From the NCBI GenBank assembly GCA_964188305.1, contig OZ076888.1: a stretch of 64,000 bases of DNA. One strand, 5' to 3'. Every line of letters starts with the position of its first letter. Within the stretch, counting starts at the first letter, position 1. The stretch comes from Podarcis bocagei (Eukaryota). The notes beneath the pieces are model-generated. The model was not told the DNA's origin. It saw only the letters and a list, made by a program, of their open reading frames with translations, and made no database searches. The position numbers and the translations under genes were made by a program. Below, one piece after another: positions 10,497 to 23,516 of this stretch.

Positions 10497-13464
10497 CTGA
10501 GGATAAAACAGGAGACACACATAAAAGATCCAAGTTAAAAAGCAACTTATGGTGATACTATACAATGCACTGCAACATGAGCTGCCCCCTTAATAGGGGA
10601 AATATACCTACATCAGCCACCGCTGCACTCACTTGGAGAAAGTGGCTTTTTGCAGCCTTCCCCTATTCAGAATGGAATGGGAGGGTAGACATCCAGCCCT
10701 GGTATCCAGTGAAATGTGGCCATTGAGGGGAGAGGTTTCAATGTAGGAAAGTCTTAGCCAATACAAATGCAGGCTGAGGAGGAAACACAAACAGCCTCTT
10801 GCGCATTTTGGATTTTTGAGGAAACATTTACGTAGATTTTTGTAGGTGACGTAGGAGGCACTGTGGGCACACTGGCACCCCCAGGTGCCACATTGGTAAC
10901 CCTTGCGCTAGGACAATTGGAAGCAGTGTTTGAAATTCCCATTGTTCTAGTCGCATTTTGTGACAGGGAATTTCATTAGCGCAAGCAGTTTCTGAGCTCT
11001 GGGCACAGTACTGCGCCTAGGATTTCAGATTAAAACTGCACAGTGGAAGGAAAGAGGGACCTTTTTTTGCCTCCCCATTTCCAGCTGAAGACTGGAGATG
11101 AAACCCTCTTAAGAATATTAGGGGGGTGGGCAGGGGAAGAACTAGACCATGTGAAAAATGAACATAATATTTTAGCTGCAGTTCATTCATTTTCAGCTTT
11201 GTATTCTGGTTATAAAAATAAGCACACCTAGATATTCTGTTGTTGCGCCCATAACCTAGGCTTAATGTGCCATTTAACTGCTAGCTGTCATACACCAATT
11301 GGAAGGTGTACTAAAGCACAGTATAGGCCCTGGACATTATTTGGAAAGCACAGAATTAAAATTTAATCTTGTAAACAAATTTACATATGGATAGTTTTGC
11401 TGTTCTGTTGTCAATGTGTACTGACACCAACAAGGCCTACACAGTATGAAGTATGGAAACCATGTAACTAAGGAGTTGTGAACTGGAGCAAGACTTCTTC
11501 TCTGCCAGTACATTTGTCTCAGTCACTTTATTACTTAAAGGAGACAAGATCCAGTACCACCCATCTATGCAACTTGATGATTCTTAATGGGCAACGCTTG
11601 TAAAACTTGAGATATAAACTTGCTCTATTTCACTGCGGAGAATAACAACTATCTTGTCACAGAAGGAAGAGTATGCAAATTTCATATTTAATTCTCTGGT
11701 CCACTTGGCATCAAGTGGCTGGAAAATTGACTTAAACTGTTTCTCTCATGGGATACATTTGGAAAAATATAAAAGGAATGTCTCTTGTAGAAAAGTCTTT
11801 CTGCAGTTATGAAAGGCTTTGGCCCCCAAATGTGATTGCTGAAAACCTTTCCACCATGGTGGTTCTTATATTGTTGGCATAACGTTTAAAAACACTATGG
11901 TCTGTGATAATCAGAACCGAAGTCAGGGTCTGCAAGCCAGTCTGTATATCCCTGGTACTCCTGTAAAGTTCCTGCGTGCAATTTTCTTGTAAGTGAATTG
12001 CATATAATGCAACATGAGAAAGAGTTTCTCAGAAATCTGATTGTGGAAAAGTAATGCCTAAATTGGATTGCACGGTTCCAGCATAAACAAAATTATCCCG
12101 ATACGTTAGGAAGCCTAGTCCTAACATAGCACTATATCCTAGTTTCTTTGTTTGCACTAAAATATAGTCCATTTATTCTTTTATGCTGAGGGCGAGTGAC
12201 ATTTGCACTGATTCCCTCAAGTGCATTAAATATATATTCACAGGTGCAAAGACAGGCACTTTAATATTGCTTTAGCTACCAAAGAAAACATAACATATAG
12301 AAAATAGTTTCAACTTAAATAGGTCGCTGATAAAATATATAATTCAATGTTGTGAGCCAATGATTAATGTTGGTAGCAGCATGGTTTACAGCAATTTGCT
12401 TTACCCACTTTTTCCAGCTATTATTAAAAAGAGCATAAGCTTATAACTACAATGGACTTGAATGCTTTTCAAAATTAGATTGTCAACATTTGATAGCAAA
12501 TGCTTTCAATTCCATTCAAAATAGTTTGTGGCCAACTAACAATTAGATGCATTGTGGTACCAATGTTTCAGGAAACTAATTCCTCATTGTGAAACATTTC
12601 AGCCCCTCTCAAGCTCCATAATACATAATTCTAGATGTAATCTAAGTATTTCCTACATGGCTCAGGGACTGACAATGCCATAACCGCCCATGAAAAATGT
12701 TTGTCTTCTGACCCAGTTTAGCTCAGTAGCACTGTCATCTGTTTTACTGTCCTGTGGAGCATGGGGCATGACCAAGGCAGGGATCAGGGTAAAATGCTAC
12801 TGATGCAGGCAAAGTGGTGTGTTCATGTACATGCACATGTGTCTGTATGGATAAAAGCAGCATCAAATTTAGCAAATGCCTGGATAAAGGAAGGAAACAG
12901 TGAAAGATGATGCCTGAAAAATCAGAAATGAAAGACAAAATTTGCTCTTACAATGACAGAGAAAGGGGGAAACAGGTAAGTGGTTCTGAGAGAGAGAAAA
13001 TGAACAAGTTTCATTATTTCCCCACTTAGCTTTATTTTCTCTCTTATTGAACTTTCTAGTTTTACAGCAGTGCTGGATTAACATCAACCACTGAACATAT
13101 CTTCAAAGTGTAATTTCCTGCTCCATCTACATCTCTTTCATATAAAATTGTTTTAAAATATACAGCATTACTTTTCATTTGGACTCTCATTTAATTATAC
13201 TGGGGCAGCTAAGAATTCCGAGACTTTGATTTTATTGTAATATCAGATGTAAAATGAAACAATTGTATGCACAGTTTGATCTGTATGATTTTGTGTGATT
13301 ATGGGCTTCTCATTCACTACCTTGCATAAACAAGAAGAAAAGCTTTTTGGGGGGTGAAGTGGAATGAGAATGGGAGGAAATAGAAACTATTTTGTCATTA
13401 TTTAAATATATCTGCTGTTTTTAACTATTCTTAATTATCTTTAGTGTGCATGTCCCTCAGCTCT

Positions 13465-13522
<58 letters not shown>
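13465..13522. repeat. (AAC)n microsatellite
   Basis: About 19 AAC units. Confidence 0.97.
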
Positions 13523-13524
<2 letters not shown>

Positions 13525-13982
13525 AATTTGTTTGCTGCAGAGCTACTGTGGTTATCAGCCCACTGCAAGATTTGGCTCTTCTACTGAGTCAAGAGAAGCA
13601 CTGTGTGCTCCAATGGACTCACTGGAACTCCTAAGTGTGTAGAGGATTTTAGCCTGAGTTTGTGTAACTCCTTGCCAACAACATCCCGTCCATATCACTG
13701 GAATGAAGACATGGGCACCAGATAAGGATAACAGGAAGCCTGACCTGTGTGTGATCAATTAAAACCACTTTACCCCCTTTCAGTACAAATTATACCCTTT
13801 ACTAAGGTGAAAGTCAGGAACATCCATTCCCATGACTAGCTTCTGATGGGCAGCCTTCAGAACCTGACCTGCATAGTTCCAAGTATCAGTTAAAACAGTC
13901 TTAAACTGGTTGGTGCTCTTCACCACCCACAACTTTTGCATACACAGAGAACGCTCTTTAGACTGAGAGTACTGAGCTAATC

Positions 13983-14352
13983 GGGGACGCGGGTGGCGCT
14001 GTGGGTAAAACCTCAGTGCCTAGGATTTGCCGATCGTATGGTCGGCGGTTCGAATCCCCGCCGCGGGGTGAGCTCCCGCCGTTCAGTCCCAGCTCCTGCC
14101 CACCTAGCAGTTCGAAAGCACCCCTAAGTGCAAGTAGATAAATAGGTACCACTTTATAGCGAGAAGGTAAACAGCGTTTCCGTGCGCTGCTCTGGTGCTG
14201 GCTCGCCAGAGCAGCTTCATCACGCTGGCCACGTGACCCGGAAGTGTCTTTGGACAGCGCTGGCTCCCGGCCTCTTAAGCGAGATGAGCACGCAACCCCA
14301 GAGTCGGTCACGACTGGCCCGTACGGGCAGGGGTACCTTTACCTTTACTTTT
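13983..14352 (+). mobile_element. Full-length Sauria SINE (Squam1)
   Basis: ggggacgcgggtggcgctgtggg head, ggttcgaatcc box B, (acctttt/accttt) tail; 13-bp TSD TACTGAGCTAATC (13970-13982, 14353-14365); CpGs retained, so young. Confidence 0.93.
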
Positions 14353-14569
14353 TACTGAGCTAATCAACCTTAGTAATAAGCCTAAGGATTATGGCATCTT
14401 CCCCATGTTTCCTGTGAGAGGTTGGGTCAGGTAAGCCTCCTTTCAGCAGTCTGATTCATCAGGATGGTGACAATAACTTTCAATCCTCTCTTTACCTCTT
14501 TCCACATGTATTGTGCCTGCCAACTGAGACCTACTGTGTTAAAAACAACCAGCTTAACAATAAGAACCC

Positions 14570-14915
14570 ACCAGATACAATACATCACATAATTTTGGAT
14601 TGCCCTCTTTTTGACACCCTTCACAGAGATCTCCTAGGGACTCCCCTACAGTTTAAAATATTGATTTACAAAAAGTTTGTAATCCAATATTTGTTGAGGG
14701 GTGGTACTCCCAAAACTATCAAGATTGTTTCGGGGTATTTAGCCGAGATCTTTAAAGCTAAAGCTAAAGTTGTCTGATTTATTCAGTGGCTGCTCTCTAG
14801 TCTTTTATATATTGTATGTGTTTTGATTATCAGTGTATTTGGATGGCTTTGTGTGATTTTAATGTTTAAACTTATGTCAATAAAGGCCAAAAAAGAGAAA
14901 GAAACAAGAAACAGT
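14570..14915 (+). mobile_element. Possible non-LTR retrotransposon 3' fragment (Cys/His knuckle remnant)
   Basis: ORF 14511..14777 contains DTIHHIILDCPLF, an HxxxxC knuckle half typical of LINE C-termini; followed by aataaa and an A-rich tail. Family not determined. Confidence 0.45.
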
Positions 14916-15014
14916 AGCCACCAACCTTTGGGAGCCTTTGGGCACATTTGCAAGCCACAGAAACTATATTGGCCATACAACTACACTTCAAATGTCGGAA
15001 GGGCAGGCACATGG

Positions 15015-15320
15015 AATATAGAGCAAGCTTGTTTTCTGCTGCTCCAGAGGGCAGGACCTGAACCAGTGGATTCAAATGACAAGGAAGGAGCTTCTGACTA
15101 AACATTAGGAAGAACGTCCTGACAGTAGCAGCTGTTTGGCAGTGGAACAGATGACCTCAGAAGGTGGCACACTCTCCTTCATTGGAGGTTGCTGAACAGA
15201 GGTTGGGTGTCTATCTGTTGGTCTCTCAGGGATTCCCTAGCTGGGATTCATGCATTTCAGAGGGTTGGACTAGATATCCCTTGGGATCCCTTCCAACTCT
15301 ACAGTTGTCTGATTCCATGA
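15015..15320 (+). mobile_element. CR1 LINE 3' fragment
   Basis: ctaaacattaggaagaac..cctgacagta.. body and ggatcccttccaactctaca..tgattccatga 3' end, typical of reptile CR1. Confidence 0.8.
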
Positions 15321-16102
15321 ACTCTGCCCTCCTCTATTATAATCCCCTCTCCAAAAAAAATCACCCATGCTACATTTAAGCTTGTAAAAAATTCTATTGG
15401 ATAAAAGTTTCTTTCAACCTAATGTTGGGCGCGAGGACAGGATCCTGTGAGCACCATGGAAAATAATGTGTGGACTCAGTGGGAACTACACTGGCAACTC
15501 ATGCAACAGTGCAGGCAATAAAAGGGACCATTCATCTGGCCAATTCTGACAGGAATCTAAAAAATCTTACTTGGCTCCTAAGAGGAAACCTGCACTGTCT
15601 AAGCCTGGTTGGAGAGACAGGACATTGTCGTCCAAGGAGGGAGGCACTGAGACAGGCACAAGTGTCTTGAGTACAGCAGCTGCACTGCCACCGCCACCCA
15701 GACATGAGGCAGCATTTTCTTTGCATGTGGCTCCTGTCATGGGAAAGAGGCTACTGCCCCTCACCAAAATATATAATGGTGAGATCAAGCACGAACAACA
15801 GAGACAAGGCATTCAGAGTACAGTACTTCTTCTAGCCACATCTACTCTGCAGCATTTCCCCCCTAAATTGTAATTGTTGTTGTGAGCCTAAAAAGGGTGA
15901 AAACATATTGCCTTTCAGTGTACCTAAGAAGCTTCATGGATTATAGAAGGCTACAGAACGTTTGGAGGAAACCTAGCTGGGTCTATTATTTTTTAATATT
16001 AAGCATGCAATAGGTTTTGTCTCAGTAATATGTCCTCCTCAGTGCTACCTGGTGCTCAGTCTCTACTGTCACAGAAACCATAAACTCTTAAAACCCACAA
16101 AC

Positions 16103-16329
16103 CTCTATCTTCAGTTTCCTTCAAGTCAGGAGGGTGTTCCATTTTAGTGACTGTGCTGACAATTCTGATATCCGGTAAAAGAATCACGCCTCTTTCTTGT
16201 TCAAATTGTGCAGCCGGTCTTGCAAAATGATCCATCCCACTTATTGTAATCTTGGGCTCCTTGGCCTGAAACACCATTACATAGGCATCTATATCTGGGA
16301 TACTAATGCAGACATCTTCACCAAAACAT
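16103..16329 (-). CDS. CLSTN2: Calsyntenin-2 coding exon (about exon 12)
   Basis: CFGEDVCISIPDIDAYVMVFQAKEPKITISGMDHFARPAAQFEQERGVILLPDIRIVSTVTKMEHPPDLKETEDR, inside ORF 16056..16379. Acceptor ttcag|A, donor G|gtttgt (weak); 227 nt, phase 2 to 1. Confidence 0.92.
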
Positions 16330-17051
16330 CTGAAAAATATATTATTCATTAACTTCATGGAAGAGGTTTTAGTGTACATTCTTCCTTTGCAAGAAGCACA
16401 CAGTCTGATGAAAAAAACATTTCAGCCAATTCTTTTTTCTTCTTTTTTGGAATGTTAGCACATTTGCCTTTCCCCCCTGTCTACCCATAGGGCAGCTATG
16501 AACCTACTCAGCTCCCTGTGAACATTAGGAGCACAATTACTCAAATTATTTAAAGGGTAGCTGAGCATATCATTGGTAGGCATGATCTTTAGTAAGGTCA
16601 ATGCACACATACCATTTAAACCCCTTAAATAACATATAACCAACAGTCAATTGTTAAATCTGATTAGATGGCTTCTAATTGTTAGGCATTTTACATTAGG
16701 TACTCAAATTGATACTTAATGGGTTTGATATAGCTATCTTGTTAAATGTGCATCACGAACCTAATCATCCATTTTATACTGAATGCATCAGGAGGCCATT
16801 TCACACACATCCAGAACTCTATCTGAAGTCAATGGGCATGCAGGAATTAGGAAATTACTGTATAGCTGAAATTATTTCACTGTAAAAGTAAATGTAATTC
16901 TTAAGCTATTCGCCAATTCATTAAAAGACCAATTATATTGATAGATTTTATTTTCATGCCATTATTCCACATCTAAACCTGTAAGGTTCTTGATATGAGG
17001 TTTAATGAAGTATAAGCAATGGTTGAATCAAGCTCAGTGAGTATAACTTAC

Positions 17052-17200
17052 TGGACTTTGGATGAGACTTTAAGACGGCGAATGCCTGAAGTTGGAAACT
17101 GTCTTGAGTTGATATAGGAGACCTTTTGGAGAGCTTGATTTATATTCACAATGTCATCTCCTTCTATTACAAGTACTGACTGGGAAGGATTGAAGTGATA
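17052..17200 (-). CDS. CLSTN2: Calsyntenin-2 coding exon (about exon 11)
   Basis: YHFNPSQSVLVIEGDDIVNINQALQKVSYINSRQFPTSGIRRLKVSSKV(Q). Acceptor ccag|TAT, donor CA|gtaagt; 149 nt, phase 0 to 2. Confidence 0.96.
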
Positions 17201-18204
17201 CTGGTGGGTGGGGGGCAAAGAATATAATTAGTATTTAGGGAAGTAATATAGGATGAGTCATTAGAACATTTTGAATAACAAGCTTCTAAAAACTGTTTCA
17301 CAGAGACCAGTTATATTCCCATCATTTTTTTAAAAAAAACAAACCTACAACCCTGTAATTTTATTAGCTAATGTTTGTTCTATACAGTATGTAAAAGCCA
17401 TTTATGAGCAAGCACCCACCAGGCACTCATCTACCATACCTTTTAGTAATTATTGCAGCTATAATTAACAGTAAAATAAATTAGAAGTCAGTGGAAGCAC
17501 TTTGAATCAAGACAATTTCCTCTACTCTTCATATTTAACCATCGTGCTTTTGCCATAACTACAGCTTATTACAATGAAATATGGGGGTCATTTTTTCTCT
17601 GCAAGTTCAACAAAAATATTCTACTTTGTCAATTCCTTCCAAATCTTTATTCTAAATGTGCAGATGCTTTCTTATTCCACTATAGCAATGAGTGTCTAGT
17701 AAATCCAAATCACAATATGCTATTGGCCTCGTGGTCCATACATGAGGCAGAATATGGTGTGCGTATCTGAATTGGTAGAGACTAATTCATACAACTTCTG
17801 ACTACAGGAAGATGTGCCATATTTTTAAATTATCCAACATGTAAACGCTGGAAGGGAACGTCATCGCCTGCAGCAGGCTGTATGATATGTCAATTATGTT
17901 TAGAAAGTTGAGGCAATTTTACTCTGTTTTAGTAATTTAGCATTTGTATGTTTTAAAGTATGGTGGAAAATTTCTCTTGATTTTCTCCTTTTTTGTAAAC
18001 CGCTTTAAACAATCATGTAGAATATAAACTTTATTCAATAAATGAAATAAATATGAGATCAGGATTATATTTTACTTCACATATATGTCACTAGACATTG
18101 CTAAGTTCGCTGTAGATGAAAGAAACTGTGCTCGCTTGCTCAAGTTTGTTAAAATGTCAACATCTGTATCCTTATTTACCTTTGCTTACTTCATTAGCCT
18201 AGAC

Positions 18205-18424
18205 CAGTGGTTTCCAACCTTTTTTTGGCCATGCCCCTCCTAAGCATCTCTAAAATCCTGATCCACTCCCCCCCCCCCATGACATATAATTCTTATTATT
18301 CAAAAAATGAACTCCTGTTCATGTGTAGGAAGCCTAAAAGGCCATTCACTGTTAATAACTCATTCTCGAATTGCCCCTCAAATCACCCCCTTGTGGGGCA
18401 TGTGCCCCATGTTGGGAACCATGG
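18205..18424. mobile_element. Non-autonomous hAT (Charlie-like) element
   Basis: TIRs cagtggtttccaac / gttgggaaccatgg; perfect 8-bp TSD GCCTAGAC (18197-18204, 18425-18432). Confidence 0.88.
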
Positions 18425-19909
18425 GCCTAGACAAAACGGCACAATCCATGTATATGAAATGGCAAGTGTAACAACAGATGACTAGTGAACATCTAATTAC
18501 CAAGCTCACCTGCACATTCATCCTGTTCTTTATTCCCAAATTAGGTAAAGTTTCAGACAATGCTTCCTATCTCTTTGTTCCAGATTTGTGTTTTATATTT
18601 TTATGAAAAAGCTACTTGGCATGCATGCACACGATTTGCTTCTATGAACAGGTATGATTTGTATACAGATTTATTTTTATTTTTATTGAAAGACAGGCAC
18701 AATCTGTCTTTATTACTGTTCTGTTCAACTCTAGGGCCAACTGCAGTTCTTTCATCAGGACATGTCACTGTCAGGCCAACTAGGAAATGCTGCACGAGAC
18801 CCTATTTCTGACAGCTCCTCTCATTTTCCTCTCCTGCTGTCACACTGACTCAAAATAGCTGAAAAGGTAAAAATGAAAGGAGGAACTTGAGCCATGCCAG
18901 CTTGTAGATTGGAGACAGAGAATGTTTTGAAGCTGAAAAATTAAACTCTTGCATTTATTTCTCCCACCCGCAGCTGCTTCACAGAGACAGCCGCTTGTCC
19001 ATACTAGATCAGCCGTTGGGAGGCAAAACAGAAGACAAGAAATGCTGGCACTCCTCAAGCAGGCTTCAAAGAATTGTCAGCTGCAAAGAGCAGTGTACAA
19101 ACTGTGTTTCCTATTGATCACGAGATAAGCAAGAGCTGATGGAGGGCAACATACATTTTTAATAAACAACGTATTTCTTTATACATATTTGCTCACAGCC
19201 AAGATTTTATACAAAATATTTTTAATTTATGTTTGATAAATGTGAATTTAGCTGCTACTGTTTCTTTGAAGATGAAGAAAACCCTGGGAAATCATGTGTT
19301 TGCATCATTACAATGGAAAAGCAACTGCTGAAAATATTTGGAACATTTCCATTTGTTAACCTACGACTGTGATATTTAGATTTTAAGCTTACAAAAAGAA
19401 AGCTTTGCTCTCCCCACACATCCACCACCAAGTCTGCTTTCTGCTGCTTTGTACAGGGGTTTCCAAGTGCCCAAGTGTTGTTGGGCACTCCCCCAAAGCA
19501 CTGAGCACAGGGCTGACAAAATCCCTTGTTCTGGGGTTCCCAGTGCCCAGAAGCCAGGAGCCTTGAGCCAGTCATTGCCTCTCATCCTAACCTAACTCAC
19601 AGGGTTGTCATGGGGATTAAATGAGGAGGGGGTGAACCATGTACCCCACCTTGTAAAAAAGGAGGGACATAAATGCAACACATAAACTAAATTATAAAAT
19701 GTTCCTTATTCTTCTTTTGCATCCTGGTCTTGAGTTCAAGCTCAAAGAGTAAATAATCTTCCATTGCAGGGACAGCTTGAATTCAAGCCAGGGATCCAAA
19801 GAATTATCTTTTGTTTGCAGTTTCAATGCAAGCTGGAGAGGCACAGAGGTGTTTCCAGCTATTCCACCCCCTGAATTTGTAGTTGTGTAAGAAGCTGCTG
19901 CAAGAGAGA

Positions 19910-20473
19910 CAGCAGTCATGAAATTAAAAGACACCTGCTCCTTGGGAGAAAGGCAATGGCAAACCTAGACAGCATCTTAAAAAGCAGAGACATCGCCTTG
20001 CCAACAAAGGTCCGTATAGTTAAAGCCATGGTTTTCCCGGTAGTGCTGTATGGAAGTGAGAGCTGGACCATAAAGAAGGCCGGTTGCCAAAGAATTGATG
20101 CCTTTGAATTATGGTGCTGGAAGAGACTCTTGAGAGTCCCATGGACTGCAAGAAAATCAAACACATCCATTCTTATGGAAATTAGCCCTGAGTGCTCACT
20201 GGAAGGACAGATCATGAAGCTGAGGCTCCAATACTTTGGCCACCTCATGAGAAGAGAAGACTCCTTGGGAAAGACCCTGATGTTGGGAAAGATGGAGGGC
20301 ACAAGGAGAAGGGGGCGACAGAGGACGAGATGGTTGGACAGTGTTCTCGAAGCTATGAACATAAGCCTGACCAAACTGCAGGAGGCAGTGGAGGACAGAA
20401 GTGCCTGGCGTGCTCTGATCCATGGGGTCACGAAGAGTCGGACACGACTAAACAACTAAACAACAACAACAAC
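19910..20473 (+). mobile_element. 5'-truncated BovB (RTE) LINE
   Basis: ORF 19956..20459 (TKVRIVKAMVFPVVLYGSESWT...RIDAFELWCWKRLLRVPWTAR...GVTKSRTRL) is the BovB C-terminus. (CAA)n tail; about 21-bp TSD aagaagctgct[g/a]ca[a/g]gagaga with 2 mismatches. Confidence 0.95.
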
Positions 20474-20700
20474 AAGAAGCTGCTACAGGAGAGAAACTGT
20501 GAGTAACACCATGTGAGGAGTTACTGCCTGAATGGTGATGCTAGCAGGGAAGTGGATTCTTTGGGAAAGCTGAGGACTAGATGCTTGATCAGATTAACTT
20601 GATAGTTGCCTAATTTGTAGCAGACATAGCAACAGTGGGTAGGACATCTAGGACAGGTGTGGAGAACCTTTGACCATCCATTTGTTGCTGGATTACAATA

Positions 20701-20952
20701 TAGTCATACCTCGAGTTGAACGTGCTTCAGATTGAATGTGTTCGAGTTGCGCTCCGCAGCAACCCGGAAGTAACGGAGCGCGTTACTTCTGGGTTTCGTC
20801 GCTCGCGCATGCGCAGACACTAAAAATGACATCACGCGCATGCGCAGAAGCAGCGAAACGCGACCCGCAGACACGCTGTCGCATCTTGCGTTCCATTTGG
20901 GATGTGAACGGGGCTCCGGAATGGATCCCGTTTGCATCCCAAGGTACCACTG
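20701..20952. mobile_element. Tc1/mariner MITE nested inside a hAT foldback MITE (host about 20653-21047)
   Basis: Ends tagtcatacctc / aaggtaccactg with TA flanks; the two flanks rejoin into the 2569/3281-type foldback. Confidence 0.85.
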
Positions 20953-21916
20953 TACCCATAAATCCCTGGCCCTTGGCAATACTTACCGGGACTGATGGGA
21001 GTTGTAGTTAAGCAACATCTGGAGGGTCTACTGTTTCCCACACCTCTAGGACCAAGGACAAACAGTTCAAACTCCCTTGTTATTTTTGCCACTGCTAGGA
21101 GGTGCAATGTTGCTACATTTATAATACTGGGGTTTTTGGGGGGGGTTGTATGCCGTTGCATTTACTATATGTAGCTGTGTTTATTATTGCTGTTACTATG
21201 AAATTATACTTGCAATTGTTGATTTTGTGATGTATCTTTGTAAGCTACATTGAGCGTAACTTTTGCGTGGAAAAGGGGCATAAAAAAGTGTTGATGACGG
21301 AGGGAAAGTTTATATATTATTTTATTATTTATTTCATAAAATGTGTACACCGCTCAGTCGTTGAAAGACTCATCAAAGTCATTTACAAATGATAAAATAG
21401 TAAAACCAAGAGGGGGAGAAATCACATTTGGTGGTAATGTCAGGTGACTGGCAGGTGGGCGGGGCTGTGCACCTGTCCAAGTGGCCCATGGGGTTGTGGT
21501 GGCTGAATTGTTGATCCCATTTGCCTCCTCCATCCAGTTACCCATCCCTGCTCTAATGGTAATCATCTTCAAGGTGCTACAGTAACTGTAGCACACGCCT
21601 GATGATATGTGTGCTGTATCTCCTGGGGAACGTGCATGTTTCTATACAATGTCTCAAACATACCATGAGCAGAATTGAATGCTGAAAAGCCGAAGGGTTA
21701 TGAAACACCCACGGCGCACTTGGTACCTATAGGTTTATAAAGGCAAAAATGTAAGCATTCAGCGCCGCATAGCTCCTCTTCTGCTCAGCTGCTTCCGTGC
21801 ATGACTTCATGGCATATTAGATGGCTTCTGGGAATACATTTGTACTCTACCTTGTGCTCTTCACTTCATAAATCAGCTTTAAATGTTATCAAAAATGATG
21901 TCAGTTCATCCCTCAC

Positions 21917-22083
21917 CTTTAGTCCTTGGCCAAGACTCTCCAGTGAGTTAATATCCAAACCTTCCTTGCAGGCTTGCAAACAGGAAATCACTTTCTGACT
22001 CTCAATTTTGCCTGGTCGGATGGTTAGGCTGGCAAGGCTGCCATGGAAAAACTGAGCAAATCTGGGTTTAGAGACTTCACCTC
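21917..22083 (-). CDS. CLSTN2: Calsyntenin-2 coding exon (about exon 10)
   Basis: (G)GEVSKPRFAQFFHGSLASLTIRPGKIESQKVISCLQACKEGLDINSLESLGQGLK, inside ORF 21866..22249. Acceptor atag|GA, donor AAG|gtgagg; 167 nt, phase 1 to 0. Confidence 0.96.
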
Positions 22084-23455
22084 CTATTAAAAAAAAAAGC
22101 ACAAATCGTAGCTGATAATAATTCATAGATACATTTTTATTTATGGCTATCAATATTTCCAACACAGTCTTTAAATGTCTGAGACAACTGACAATCCAGC
22201 TGCTGTTGTAATCCCAAACAGAATTCCAAATAGAAAATGACTCGTACATTGTTACTATTTATGGTTATAACGCTCCAGACCTATCTGCACATTCTAATTC
22301 CCATGCAATTAGATTGCATGAGGGAAAGTGGGGGCATGTGCACTAGCTCTGCCCCCTCCATCCCTGTCCCTATCATCTGTCACAAGCTGAAGGTAAATGT
22401 GTGCAGTGCTCTACTCCCCATGCAATTTCCCTGGAAGAAAAGACTCCCCACATCCGAAGTTATTCCTCCAACTTGTGGAAGGTGTCAGGTATGATGACAG
22501 AGGGAGCTGGAGCTAGCACACTCATTTCCCTCATGTGAGGGATTAGAATGTCTAAATATCACCATTTATATTATTAAAAACTCCTGCTTTCATACGGGAG
22601 TCTGATGTGAAAATGCATTCTAGTCGGAGACTAGGCCTGCAAAACATCAGCCCTGCAGCAGGTGATGTAAAAACTGCTTCTACAATTTTAATTTAGAAGC
22701 AGCAAAAAGCTAAGCATCAAACTCTATTATATTTTAGAAGATAATTGTGATTCTGTAGATGAAGAAGGAAACCTGAAAATAGCATGCTGTTTAAAAACAA
22801 AGCACCAACCAAATGAAAAGGCCATCTATGCTGCTTGCTGGTCCTGGGAATAGTAAATCTCTTATAAAGCAATATGCAATTAGTTACTGTTAAATTAACA
22901 AAATGGCCTTCCTACCAAATTTGCTTACCTTCTATGTAAACTAACATTATGCTGCTTAGTAATGACTGCCTGTGATATATAAAACTAAATAGAAATGAGT
23001 GGCTGATAGAGGAAAGAAAAACAGACTCATTATGGAGTAAATTAAGGAAATAAACCCATTCAAGATTAACATCTGATTTCAGTCATGCCAGTGGGTGAGG
23101 TATGGGTGAATCAGAAGCAATTGGATTTTGCACATTGATTTCATGCACATTGATTTATTGGGGTATAGGCTGCTTTGGTTTGATTTCATCAATATCATAA
23201 TTGCATACTGAGGTTGATTCTCTTACTGATTCCTGAAACTCGGTACCTTATAATATGCATCAAGCCTGCAATTACTACCACCAAACATTTCACAGAACAT
23301 TTTTACTTGGTTTTATATTTTCTACATCTGCACCACATTATGATACTAACCCATATGATGTATATTTCCGTATTAACAATGAACTACTATTGCTTTTAAG
23401 GAAGAAGCCACATTTCCAGAAGGGAGAGTCAGAATTACTATAACTGACAACAAAC

Positions 23456-23460
<5 letters not shown>

Positions 23461-23512
<52 letters not shown>
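23461..23512. repeat. (AG)n microsatellite
   Basis: 26 AG units. Confidence 0.97.
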
Positions 23513-23516
<4 letters not shown>

